Shown in pieces: positions 25,101 to 39,000 of a DNA stretch of 64,000 nucleotides; position 1 is the stretch's first letter; every line of letters begins with the position of its first letter. The notes beneath the pieces are model-generated. The model was not told the DNA's origin. It saw nothing but the letters and a program-made list of their open reading frames with translations, and made no database searches. The stretch is from Callorhinchus milii (lineage: Eukaryota): the NCBI RefSeq assembly GCF_018977255.1, contig NW_024704761.1, forward strand, positions 3,286,001 through 3,350,000. The letters are read 5' to 3'. The position numbers and the translations under genes were made by a program.

Positions 25101-27055
25101 TCCTCGTTTTCCCCCCTTCTTCAACACCTCCCACCCCAGCAACCACCCCACCCCACCCTACCCACACACACACACACACGCACGCACACACACGTATGAA
25201 CTGGTCTCATCAATTCCTGACACTGAATGTTACATTTTCTGCCCGTGTGTCGACCACCTAAACACAATCCAAAGCTCTTGTGTGTCTCTCTCTGTGTGTA
25301 TGTGTGAGTGAGTGAGTGAGTGAGTGAGACAGATTTACTGGATGTATCATTGTATTGAAAAAGGTCGGAAATGTTTTTACAGCTGATCAACTGATCAGTC
25401 TTTCTCCCCCCCACCCCCTTTCTCCTTTAATGATCGATCATGATATATTAAAAAAAGTACCTCATTCTGTGTATAAAGCAAAATTCGCTGTATTTAAGTT
25501 GTAGGAATGATTTCGTGATTCTGTGAGTTTTTTTTTGGTCTCTGGAAATGAAATGTGAATTATATTTCAGCCTTAAAAAATGCGTCTTTGACTCCTGGTA
25601 TTTTTCTTCGATTGTTTATTTCAATCACACTCCTTCCCACCCTCCCTCACACTCACTCCCTCTCACAGTCACTCCTTCTCTCACAGTGGTTATCTATTTA
25701 TCTCAACGACAAAAGTGTGTGATTCACAGCGGGGATATTGACACACGAAATGTACAAATGAATAAAAAAGTCAGCAAAAGTGGCCAAAGATACTCACATG
25801 GTCAGAGTAAGCCCCGAGCCCCGGCAGATAGAGAGAGAGAGAGACAGACAGACCCGGTTACTGTACCCCCGGGGAATCTATGTCATACATTGAGAGGGGA
25901 AACGGTGAGAGAGAGAATATTTGCACAACCTGGAAAGGAAAACCTGAACAGTTATTTGGTTAAAATAGGAGAACGGGTTTACAGAGCCAGCTGGCGAGGA
26001 TTTCTATGGTTAATTGAAAGAGATCTATACTTTAAATCCTTCTCCTGTGTTGCTTTAGAACATTGGGCTGAGCCGCACACACCTCAGACATACACACATA
26101 TATAATATATATATAATATGCACTCATACACACACACATAAACATATATGTACAGTACATATATATATTTTACAGGGTGTTTTCAGTCATAGATAAGTTT
26201 TCATTTTATTCTGAATTTCACTCCGCACTCAAAGTGTCACTCTCCAAATCAAACAAACATCTGAACAACCTTCAGTTATTTTTAATTAATTACTTAATTA
26301 AACACAAAAATGAACATACTTACAGATGAAATTCCTTTAAAAAAAAGCAAGGAATTTGAAGGGGTGGTGTGTGTGTGTGCGTGTCTGTGTGTGTGGGGGA
26401 GGGAAGACTATGGAATGCAATGTTTGAGATAGAAGTTTTCAGAAGTTTTGAAAACTTAGGCAACAGTATAATGGATGGTCAATTATATAACTTGCAGCAA
26501 ACGGGGATAGGGTTGGCGGGAGGCGTGAAAATACCCCGACCCACCCACACACCTCCGTTAATAAAATATCCATCACATCAATCGGATTTCACAATCCCTC
26601 CAGGAGCAAAGCTGATGCAGCCGTTCTCTCTGTGTGCACAGTACGGAGGGTGTGACTGTGCAGTGTGCGCTCTGGGCTCCCCCAAGCCTTGGCTCTTGCC
26701 AACCTGCTCCGAGTACTCTCCGGAATCAGGTAAGCGGGAGGTGTCCCTCCAGTGAGAGACAGAGACAGAGAGAGAGAGAGAGAGAGAGCGCACATTCCAT
26801 TCCAATAATCTCTCTCTCTGGAATTTCCATACTGTCGGTGGGATGCACGGAATTCTCAGGTGGGTTTGGAGACTCTTAAGCAGGAGTTTCCGCACGTGTC
26901 AGACGCCCACCCGGCTGACCAAAAGAAAAAAAAAAGGTGCGCCAGTGCGCACGCAAGTGCGTACTCACTAGCGGCCTGTGGATTTGCACGCACGCACATC
27001 TCGGGGAGAGTTGCCGGGCCGCTCGCTTTGATGGGCGGGAAAGGGACGAACTTCA

Positions 27056-30000
27056 TTAAAGCAGAGAAACGGCCTCGAGGTTCTCCTTGATGATGGTATC
27101 CATGACGACCTGGAAGACCACTTGCACGTTGGAGGTGTCGGTCGCCGTGGTGAAATGGTGATAAACCAGCTTGGCCACGTTCCTGTTCAGGCTGAGAAAC
27201 TGATTGGCCACGAACCGGGCGCCGGCATCTACATCACAGTCAGCGCCTGGCACAGCGAGAGCAACAATAGCACTGATGGTCACACGAGTAACACGACCAG
27301 TCACACCGACACTCACAGTCACACGAGGGACACGAGCAACAAGAGTCGCGCTAAGAACCACCACCGAGAGTAACGGCAACAACGAACAAGAGTAACAGCA
27401 GCACGAGCAATAGTGGTGAACAATATCAACAGCAATTAGTAGCAGTAATGGTAGCGACGGCATTAACAATAGAAACAATAATGCTGGTAAAAAAGCAACT
27501 TACTCTTAGTAAGAGTAATAATAATATTAGTAACAACAGCAACAGCAATAGTAACAATAGTCCGCGTGTGTGCGTGTGTGTGTGTGGAGAAGACGAATGT
27601 TTGGTACCTCTGTATTCGGAGAAATACAGCCGGAGATGCCTCTCGGAATGTAAAATCTTCTCTTGGAAAAGATCGATTTTATTCAGGAACAAAATCTGAA
27701 AGCGATTTTTTGAAAAAAAAACGAAAATAAATGAAAATAAAAACGAGCGCGACAGATTAAACAGACCCCCACCCGCTCGCCCGGAGTCCAACTGATAACA
27801 TTTCCATTGTTTTTTTTATTTTATAGAGAAACAACAACAAAAAAATATCAATCAATGAATCAAACGCCGCATCGATCGTTAAGAGAAACAGACAAGATTT
27901 GTCAGCGGACAAAAGGACTGATTCTCTCCTGCGGGCAAGAGGCTGTCCAGATAGAAGGCGAAATCTCCGAGATTATTCAGCCCTTTGGAGAGATTTGTCA
28001 CTGAATAATATGTTATTAGAGGCAGTAAATGGAACCAATTAAAGGGAACCTTCAGATAGACGGGAACTGTAAGCGGGGTTGCCAGGCAGAACGAAAAATT
28101 ACCGTCTGCCGGACATTATTGGCTCCGAGTTAATGACAAACGGCAGCCACTGGAGTTCGAAGTGGAACCAGGCTAATTGCAGGTCAGAGGTGAGCGGCTC
28201 TGAGCAGCTCTCCAGAGGAGACTCATTTGCTTGGTGCCTGGGGTAGGGTGGGGGGGGGGGGAGAGGCAATCTCCCTGTGGGGTGGGGGTAACTTCACTCT
28301 GCACATGGTTAGCTGGGAGCCTGACACACGTGGCAGTCCATCACTGGAGGGTCTCCAAAGCAAACCCAAGTTCCGCTTATATCACGCAGGCTCCCCTCAA
28401 GGAAATTCTCCTGTGCCTGGATCAGAATACACTCTCTCTTCCCGGAGGGAGGGTGTTTAACTGCTCAACTGATTCCTGGAGGGTATTGGCCACAGTTTGG
28501 CAAGAGCCAAGGCTTTGGGGCAACCCAGAGTATGGGTGAACGAGTGTGTGTGTGTGTGTGTGTGTGGGGGGGTGTGGGGGGGGGTGGAGAGAGGCAAAAG
28601 TACATCGCCTCAAAGCCAGCTCTGTTCTGAGTACAGGAGGACACTGGGACAAACTCCCTTCTCTTTTCCATTAGGGTGGTGAGATAATAATATTAATAAT
28701 CCTTGCATTTGGCAGAGCCCCCCGTCACATTGTCAAAGCGGAGTGACATGTGGATGGCGAACATTCACATGAACAGGCGCAGACGGGACCTTGGTTTAAC
28801 ATCCCTCCTGAAGGATGACATCAACATCCATGCAGTGCTCCTTCCCCCCCTTCACTGCACTGGAGCAATTGCCTGGACTGCACGAATCCTTCACGCCTGA
28901 ACTACGTACCATAGATGTGCTCCTGAAGAAAACATTATTGCAGATGGAAGAGAAAAGCTTCAAACTCTCCTGTAGTCGATTCTGCGCGAGAGAGAGGGGT
29001 GGGGGGAGGGGGGGGAGAGAGAGAAAAAGAGCAATGTAAATAAACCCTGAACAGGGAGTTAGTCGAACGACACTTCACTTCATTTACAACTCAGCCCCAT
29101 GAATATTAATCACAAACGATAATTGCTTTTCTTGTCCAAGCCTTTTGTGTTTGAAATGGGTTAAATACCATTAGCATTGAGCGGAGGAAATTATAGCCTG
29201 TAATTTTTATATCATATCTGATCACTTTTCCTTCCATCTCACTCCCTCCCCCCACACCCGCAGCCCCCCACAGGACACCCCTGCTGGGAATGTGTGTTAG
29301 CGAGGGAGGTGTGGAGTGAGGTGGGGTGGGGGGGGCGGGGAGGGGTGGTGAGAGAGGGGGGAACGAGGGTCTCACCACAGTCAGCTCCTCCAGTAGTGTC
29401 ATATCATATCCACTCAGTGCGGCCACGTACAGCACCGCTCGCACCTCCTCGAAACAGCCGATCCACTTCCTGCGCTCCGTCCTCTGCCCCCCCACGTCGT
29501 ACATCCTGGGAAACAGAGGAAACACGACTGTTTGGGTGTCAGCCGGGCGCAGCGGGTAGCGCTCTCTCCTGCCAGCCAGAGGATTTCGCCCACAAAATAC
29601 ACAGTCCCTCCACTTTACAGTATATCCCGTGAAGCGCTTTGAGGCGTCTCGAAGACGTGATACGGCGCTATAGCAAACATAAGGATTATTTTTTTTATTG
29701 TGACTAAGATTGCGGGTTCGAGCCTTCACGTCGGGGACTTGGATTCACAGATGATGCTCCAATGCAGCCCTGAGGGTGTGTTGCATTGTCAGAGGTGCTG
29801 TCCTTTGATGAGATTTTTTTTAACATATATATATACACACACACATACACACACACAATTTAACATATAATACATATATTATATGTTATACCAAGCTCCT
29901 GTTCAGGTAAGCATTAAAGATCCTGTGGCACTGTTTGAAAAGAAGGGAGTGACTGTGTATTTTGTAGGCAAACACGGCAGCACTATTGCACACCGCCGTG

Positions 30001-33000
30001 TCCCACAAACAGCCACGGAGTGAGTGAATAATTTTATTTGGAGGATTGTCGGCCAGGATACCGGGAGAAAGAAACTCTCCCTTTTCAGAGTTTCTGTCTC
30101 TTTTCGAATAGCGCCACAGAATCTTTAACGTCCGCCTGGACAGACAGACGAGCCCTCGGTTTAACGTCTCGATCAAAACGAGTGAAACGAGGAAAGTTTC
30201 CGCTGCCGAAACGAACATCTCTCACCTTGAGACGGAGAGAAAAAGAATCACGAAATGATAAAGAAACGAGTTCTTCCCCCACATCCGAATAACATTAACC
30301 TATAGAGGGCTAAAGAGGGAGCGAACAAGACAGTTCATTTGTACAGACTGCGTCAGTGTGCAGTAAAGCGGAACGTTTAATTCCATTGCAGAAATGAGTA
30401 ATCCTTATCCCGCCATTAAAAAGAATTTCAAATCAACTTCTAATCCTGCCCATTAATTGTTAATCACCAAACTCCCTGCGGCATTTCCAGGACCTTTTGT
30501 AAGGTTTCGAAATACTGTGTACACGTACAAAATCAATATATAATACAATACAGAATGTGTCTAAACACACACAGTATCCAGATACACATTACACTTTACA
30601 TATAATAAACATGCAAATATCTATAATAATCCTTGCATTTGTTAAAGCACCTTAGCACGTCTCAAAGTGCTTCACAGTATACATTGTAAAGTGGATTTTT
30701 GGGGGCGAAACACTGCAGCAAATTGCACACAGCAGTCCCACAGACAGTCGTGGATTGAGTGACCAAATTATTATTATTTCTTTTTCTTTTGAAGGTAGTA
30801 TTTTTACAGGCATTATGGAGTCGGTGTTTAACTTATTCCCCATGAGGAGATGATCTGATTTGAGTTTGAGTTTCTTACAACATAGAGATTAAAATCTGCC
30901 CATCATCAGCAGCGAGAAATCAAATCAAAGTTTTAATAAATGCGGATTCAATCAATCCCATTATCTCTGGGTTTAATGGTTAAAGGGGGTGAGCCACATC
31001 CTTTTGTTTTGTTGCTGAGCCCAACATCCTGTCATACTCCCCCTCAACATCGACAATTTTTGCCACAAGATACATAGTCACTCCACTTTACGGTATATTC
31101 TGGGAAGCCCTTTGAGGTGGTAAAACACTATATCAAATGCAAGGATTATTATCAGTAATAACAAAGTGAGTGTGACAGAGAGAAAGAAAGTCAGAGATAG
31201 ATGGTGAGAGTGAGACAGAGCGAGAGAGAGAGAGAGCGCAAACGAGAGACAGAGGGAGAGAGTCAGAGCGAGGGCGAGAAAGAGGACGGAGAGAAAAGAG
31301 AGACAGAACGAGACAAAGCGAGAGGGTGAGAGAAATGACAGACAGATTGTCAGCGAGTGAGTGAGTGCGAGGTGCACGGTGAGGGTGGGGGGTCAGGGCT
31401 CCACAAGGCGGACAGTGAATGTTACAGTGTCGGGCTGTGATCAACCGTGGGGGTAGGGGGAGGGAGGAATGGAGGCTTCGCTCACAGAAAGGTAAGCCGT
31501 GCGCTGGGGTCACCAGCGACCACAATTACAGCTTCGCAGGTTCAGGCTGTGAAAACAAGTTACCTTCTCATTACAGTCATTAGCGCGGAGTGGAGAGACA
31601 GGCGGGCGGCACGAAGCCCGTCCATCACTGCCGAGGGGAGCTGCCAGCTTCAATTACTGCTGACCTTCTCAGCCTGAGATACTGTATGACAGCAGCAAAT
31701 ATAGATAGAAATAAACACTGGGGGTCAGCCTGGCACCCCAGCACTGCCCGACACTGAACCCACTCCCCACACCCCCCCCCCCCACACTTACACACACACA
31801 CACACACAACTTCTCCCTCAAACCCTCTCCTCCCAACCGCCAAAGCTCCAGCCCCCATTCCTCCGCCACAGCAACTGGCTGGTGAGGGGGTCAGAGAGAG
31901 AGAGAGAGAGAGAGAGAGTGCGAGTGTGTGAGGATGAAAGAAAAGATAAAAGTGAGACAGAATAAAGAGAATGGAAAACGGAAAGAATCAGAAAGAACGA
32001 GGGAGAAAACAGAAAGTGTGAAAAGAGAAAGCCGAGAGAGAGAGAGAGAGAAAGAGAGAGAAAAAGAGGGAGGGAGAGGAAGAAAGAATAGAAAGAAAAA
32101 GAAGAGGAAAAAGAAATAAAAAAAGAGTAAATGTGAAACGCAGTGGGTGGAACAAGTCACCTCTCGGACAGCAAACGTCCTCTACACTCGGTGTGACCGA
32201 CACTGTATCAGCCCCGAGGCTATTTTACCCTCCATTCTCTCTAGTAATTATTTCACTATTAAAGGCTGACTCACTGCAGGGACGTTGTGAGCTGTTGCTG
32301 GCCTCGCACCACAAGCGTTAATAAGAGCTTCAGCTTCCTTCATTATCACTGGTGGAACGTGAGACAGGAGCCACAGTGGGGTGGGAGTGGGGGGGAAGAA
32401 GCGAGGTGAGGAGAGGGGTGTGTGGGGGGCAAAAGCAAAGTTAATTGACTGTATATTTTGTGGGCAAAACACGGCAGTCAATGATGCACAGGAGTGTCCC
32501 ACAAACAGTCGTGGATTGAGTGACCAATTTTATTATTATTATTATTATTATTTTGGAGGGATTATTACCCCCGGAAAGCGATCTGCCAATCGACCAACAA
32601 GGAAACTTGCCTATGGCTTTGCCCGGCTTGGGAATCGAACTACATTACAGGACCTTCCACCTCGCGCACCCCCCCCCACTCCACCCCACCCCACAGACTC
32701 AGTGCCATCTTCTCACCTGAAAATCAAGTTGTTGATTTTGAACTGAGTCTCGATGACGCCTGCTGTGCGGAGTCGGACCCGCAGGAGGTCAGTCTGGGTG
32801 GGTCTGTAACCCGGAGCCGTGATCCGGTTAATGTTTACGAAGAAACTGCGGGAGGGGAAAAAACACACACAAATACAAAGGAATAATCTTTCCATTTGAC
32901 ACAGTGCCTTTATCACGTCGTCGAGACGTCTCGAAAGCGCTTCGCAGGACACGCTGCAAAGCGGAGTGACTGTTTATTCTGAGGACAAGATGCGGCAGCC

Positions 33001-36000
33001 AATTTTGCGCAGCCGCAGGGTGAGCGCGAGGGAGATTGTTGGCCAGGTCACCAACTGGGGAGAGAGAAACCGGGTGCAATTGCGCTGCGGTGTTTGCCTA
33101 CAAAATACAGTCACTCCCTTCTCTACATGAACAGCGCCGCAATATCTTTAACATCCACCTGAGCAGACAGACGGGGAACTCGGTTTAATGTCTCATCCGA
33201 AGGATGGCACCTCCGTCAATGCAACACCCCCCACCCCAGCAATGCATAGGTGCGCATTTATTAAGATAAAATGGGCAAAAAAGGAGAGCGGAGAGACAGA
33301 GAATCTTCAGCTCCTCCACCCATCAGCCCCCCCACCCCCAACCTGCTGGGTTCCTCGCTCCCCGGGACACGATTCCTGGCTCAGCCGCGATGTTGGTGTT
33401 CCGTCTGTCAGTCTCCGCGCTGGAGCCCGAAATTGACATTAAGCAGAGCTCCGGGCAGAGGGACGAGCGACAGACGTCAATCTCAGCCTCAAATCTGATC
33501 TGACACCTGTCAGGTTTTGGCTTGTTTTATGAAGGGGCGGGCGGCGGAGGGAGAGAGAGCGGGGTTGGGGTGGGGGGAGGGGGCAGAGGGGGTTTAGGAT
33601 GTTTTGTCCTCTTTCCTTGTGGCAAAGTGCAGCCCATGCCTGTTGCTCAGCGATCAGCCAGACCGTAACCACAGCCGTCTGTGCCGACCACAATCAACAC
33701 TGGCGACACCTCCCATCATCCAACACCCACTCGCGGAGTGTCAGGAGGCTGTGGTGGAGTGGGGTGTTGATCGCGGATATAAATATCTTGGCTGTGGGGG
33801 TGGGGGGGGGGTAAGGAAAGAGTGACAGCAACCAAGAAACCATTTGCTGAGATAAAAGGAAGATCCGGTGATGTTTTTCTGTCTCGTCAAACGTGTTTGT
33901 TTTCCACAGAAAACACGCCCGAGACAAACAGACCAGACGGGAGAGAAACCCACCGTCCTCCCCAACCCTCGTCACCTCCCCACCCACCCTCAAGACGTGA
34001 CGAGCATCGCTTTAAAACCCCTCCCCTCCCCAGGGCTTGACGATTGCGTCACAGCGATCAGCGGGTTTGACACTTGTGCTGGACCCTAATCCGTTTCCCG
34101 ACTCCGAGAGAGTAGACGCACAATATTCCTGCTAATGCCATATCCTCCCCGTCAATCAACGGCGATAAAATAATAATAATAATCTTTGCATTTGATATAG
34201 CGCTTTTCACGTCGGGAGGACGTCCCAAAGCGCTTCACAGAACACACTGTAAAGTGAATTGACTGTATATTTGTGGGCGAACGCGGCAGCCAATTGCGCA
34301 CTGCAATGTCCCACAAACAGTCGTAGATTGAAAATGACCAATTTATTATTGTTTTTGGTTTTGGAGGATTATTATTAGGCTCTGTGTGGAGTAAGGAAAC
34401 TTGCCCAAGGTTTTGCCCTCTGCCTGGAATTAAACTCAGTTCTTTCGCTTGCAAAGCGAGTGCTCTAACCATTGAACTACAGGACCCGACTCAGTGTAAT
34501 GTGAAGGTGGAGGGTATCTGAGGGCTGGCTCGCTCTCTGGTCATTACAGGGACTTTCGCTGGTGGGGATGGGGGTGGGAGACAGACACACAGCCTGGACT
34601 GGGAAGCGTATGTTTATCTGTAAAGTGAGTCACTGCACACAGCGTCTCAGGGGTAACGAGAGACAGCAGCTCGAGCTCGCAATCGCGTTAGCGCTCTGCC
34701 AGCCTCCTCCACTCCAGCTTTTAATATTGCGCCCTCCCTCGGGCTGGTCCCTCGCCTCCCATTGCACACCAAATACATTCCGCCCGTAGTATATTCTACA
34801 GATGGCAAGTGGAGCGAGAGCCAGTAAATGGGGGATACCAGCCTCCGACACTGCCCAACGCCCCCCCACCCACCACACACCCACCTCTCCCCCCGCCCAC
34901 ACCCCCCACCACACAAACACACACCCACCCCACATGCAAACACCACACAGACAAAGACACACACACACACGTTAAAGATCCATGAAGAAGAGAAGTTCCT
35001 CTCTCCAGATGTCCTGGCCAACAATGCCGCAAAATCAAATTGGTTGCTCACTTCGTAGCTGTTTGCGGGACATTGCTGTCATGTTTGTCTGCAAAACCCA
35101 CAGTCACTACACTTGACAGCAATCAAGGTGTTTTGACAGTAAAGTCATGATATTGAATGCCAGGATTATTGGAGTTATGTAATTCCCTGTGAGGAGATTT
35201 GACTGACCAAAGCCACCCCCCGGGACACACAAACACATTGATCCTCCGCACTATGTAGTTACCAGAAAGGACCCCTTCTCCACTGGGACCCCCACCCCCT
35301 CCGGCCAAACTGCTCAGTGATCGTGTGATAATCATATCAACCTCTGCAAAGCTCGTGTCACCTATGAGTCAGTGTAAATGGCACACGGTTGTTTAAGGAG
35401 TATAAAAGGACCAATGTTTTCACAATCAGCGGGCTGTGACCTGCACCTCCCTGGACCCTGCTTAATGTCAAAGGCAGTAATTAGCTCATTTCATCTCCAA
35501 AATTACAACCCAGACACTGCCCGCGAGTTCCAATTACACATTGTTTCACAAATGTCACTGGCAGCTCCGACAGAATCATAATAATAATCCTTGCATTTCG
35601 ATACAGCGCTTTTATCACGTCATCGAGTCGCACCAAAGCGCTTCACGGGACATACTGTAAAGTGGAGTGACTGTGTATTTTAATGGGCGAAACGCAGCAG
35701 CCAGTTTTGCACCCAAGCAACGTGCCACAAACAATGTCCCGGACAAAACAGCCATGGAGTGAGTGACAGATGTTATGTTGGGGATTATTGGCCAACACAC
35801 CAGGAGAGAGAAACTCCCTTCTCTTTTGGAATAGCGCCGCGGGACCTTTAACGTTCCACCCCCCCTCCACCACCCCCCAGTGCTGCGTTGGAGCGTCAGC
35901 TTAGACGGTGCGATTCCAATTCCTGACGTGGGGGCTCGAACCCACAACCTTCTGACTTGGAGGTGAGAGAGAGCGCTACCAATGGGCTGAGCTGACACAC

Positions 36001-39000
36001 TTTCTGATCAGGAATCGACGACGACAGATCCACGCAGGAGGGGAGGAAGTCACTCACTAGTGGGCGGAGTCGTTCAGCTCGTATTCGTAGCCGCGACTGG
36101 CCGCCAGCCGGACCGCGGGATCCGCCCACAGGCAGCGCAGAGCGTGACCAACGAACGGCAAAAGCGTCTCATCCTCGTCAAAGCAACGACCGCACGACAG
36201 CACGGTCTGCGCGTGAGTCTGAAACACAAACAAACCAGCCGGGAGTCAGAGTCGTGGGGTTGGGGGGGGGGGGGCGAAACCAGGCACAGGCTCATCCAAC
36301 TCCCACCCCTCCCAACCCTTCACCCCCAGCCCCAAACATTAAAAAAAAATATTTCAAGCGAGAGATTGGGGCTAAACGGGCTCTTGCACTGACACGAGGG
36401 TCTACCAGCTTTAATGCGCCAGCGGCTGCCAGGATCGTGGAAGGCAAACTGGATGGACCTTGGTCGTCTTTCGTCTGGCAATTCCTGTGTCCTTATTAAC
36501 TGGGGCTGTTCTCTCCGCACCACCCACCACCAGAAGGACTGAGGTCCAGGACTGCAGGAACCAGAGGAAAGTTGTAACTGACTCCAGAGCCAGGTTTCTC
36601 TCCAGCTGGTCCTGACTCACTGAGAAAATCTACCAGCTGATAACTGAAGCGTTCCTGCCACCTTCTGGAGGTAATCGGGTCACTGCAGGTATATTTTCAT
36701 TATAATAATAATAATCCTTGCATTTGATATCGCGCTTTTCACGTCGGGAGGACGTCCCAAAGCGCTTCACAGAACACACTGTAAAGTGAATTGACTGTAT
36801 ATTTGTGGGCGAACGCGGCAGCCAATGGCGCACAGCAATGTCCCACAAACAGTCGTAGATTGAAAATGACCAATTTATTATTGTTTTTGGTTTTCGAGGG
36901 ATTATTATTAGGCTCTGTGTGGAGTAAGGAAACTTGCCCAAGGTTTCGCCCTCTGCCTGGAATTGAACTCCAACCACTGAGCTACAGGACTCCACAAATC
37001 AGGTGGGGAGGGAAGGAAGAAGAAAATAAACAAGTCTCTGCCTCGGATTGATTCCTCTGATGGGAAATTCGCCCCCCTCTCCCCTGCGCCTCCTCCACCC
37101 GAGCTCTTACCGTGTTCCTGGGGATGGCGAGGTTGATCCGGAGGATTCCCATGCCCTGCAGCACAAACTTCATGGAACTCAGGAGATTGTCCAGAACAGC
37201 CGGCTGTGAGCGAAAAGGGGGGGGGGTGAGGGCAGAGAATAAACCAGAACCTTTGTAGAGATGAGAATCGCAAAGAGTTACGGCCGATAGCATCAGCTGA
37301 ACGAGTGGAAAAGGGAGTTTCTCTCTGCCCCACCCGGCCATAAATTGTTCGCTCACTTCATGACATTTCTGTGCGCAAACTGTCTGTCGAGTTTCTCCCG
37401 CAGCGCACACAGTTATTTCGCTTGGCAGCGATTGCCTGTGAAGCACTTTAAGGCTGTAACTGTCCAGCGCCTTGGGACGTCCTCCCGACGTGAAAGGCGC
37501 TCTATAAATGAAATCTTGTTGTTGGTGTTACAGACACTGGGTTATTTATCACTTTGGATATTTACCCATTGACTTTGGTAAAGACACGAGGTTTGCCCTC
37601 CGTCTCCAACAGGGACACGAGGGGGGGAGGGCTGGCGCCTGACCTCTGCCGGTCCCTCGAGCCCAAACCACAAGCAAAGCCACATGACAGGAGAATCCAC
37701 CACCAACAAAACCCCTCTTTCTCCTCCACCCCGACACCAGGAAAAATACAGCCATTGTCCCCCGGAGACCCAGTGTTGGCCTGAGGTGCCGAGCAATGCC
37801 AGCTCCTCAATTATCCCATGAACTAACCGTGGAAACGGCTTCAGGCCATGTGCAGGCCTTCAAGATGGGAGTATCCAAACCAAACAGAGTTCCGTGCATT
37901 CCACCTACACAGGTTGTGGTTTGACGCCACAAAACTTTGACAACAAAACAGGTGTAGAGATTGCAGCTCACAGGTTTCCATTATAACCTGTTATACTGTT
38001 ACATTCAGGACAGCACAAGTTCTGACACGCTCTATTCAACTGGGCGTAGCAGCTCTCATTTACCACACAACGCAACTCCCCAGAGATCCCGTCACTGTGA
38101 CATTCTAGGAAATGGAAGAAGGATCCTCCTCCCTCGCTGCGTCCTGGCCAACACTCCCCAGGTCCCTGGTTGAGTTAACCATCTAACAATCAGCCCAGAC
38201 CAATGCTGAGTTCGCAAACCTGGAGCCCTCTAAAGCTTGGTTCAAGCCACACAATGTCGCCAACCAGGCCACTGGGGGGGCACCCTACACACCCACAATC
38301 AGCCCCACCCAACAAGTTAAAGACTCTTACCATATTATAGTTGAGCTCTGGCTTTCTAGTAAAGCAAGGAACGTTACAGGACAAGAGGCCATTCAGCCCC
38401 TTGTGTTTGTGCTCTATTCAATAGCTCTGCACTTAGTCCCAATCTCCCACCTTCTCCCCCTCGGTCTCCCTCACCTCCCGCGCCCCACCTATTTAATAAT
38501 AATCCTTGCATTGGATACAGCGCATTTCACGTTGGGAGGACGTCTCAAAGCGCATCGCTGTTTTTAGCCGCAAAGTGCTATCTTTTTGGATATTTCTGCT
38601 AATTCCCCTCTTAAAAGCTCACGTGGATTGTGCTTCAACTAACTGCACTTCCAGCTCAGGCATTCCACATTCCAACACCCCTCGGTGTACAACAGCTCCC
38701 CTGACCTCACTCCCTTTGTTTCTTTGTTCAAATAAATAACTCGAAGATCACTGCTTAGTGGTTATGTTCAAGCTCGCTCGCTGTTACTGTGTTGGAAAGG
38801 GGAGGGGGTTGTGCGTGTGTGTATATATGTTTTATACATTACATATATGTGCGTGGGTGTGTTTATAGTGTGTTTGTGTCTGCGTGTGTCTGTCTGTCCG
38901 CCTGCACATGCAAACAAGGAGCTGTCAATCATTCTTCAAAATCACAGGACCTGGAATGTAGTGGAACGAGTTGCTATGAAACTCAGACGATGATTCACCC

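Noticed and set aside
25548-26105. 185-aa ORF between NPB and GNAV1
   Set aside because: UTR/intergenic sequence containing microsatellites, with no protein-like motif.
27247-27478. Hydrophobic in-frame extension before the last GNAV1 exon
   Set aside because: Low-complexity intron sequence; a good acceptor at 27247 gives the canonical G-alpha.
34420-34487. tRNA-Ala-like sequence, also at about 18340, 24127 and 56550
   Set aside because: SINE heads followed by SINE body and tail, with no complete acceptor stem.
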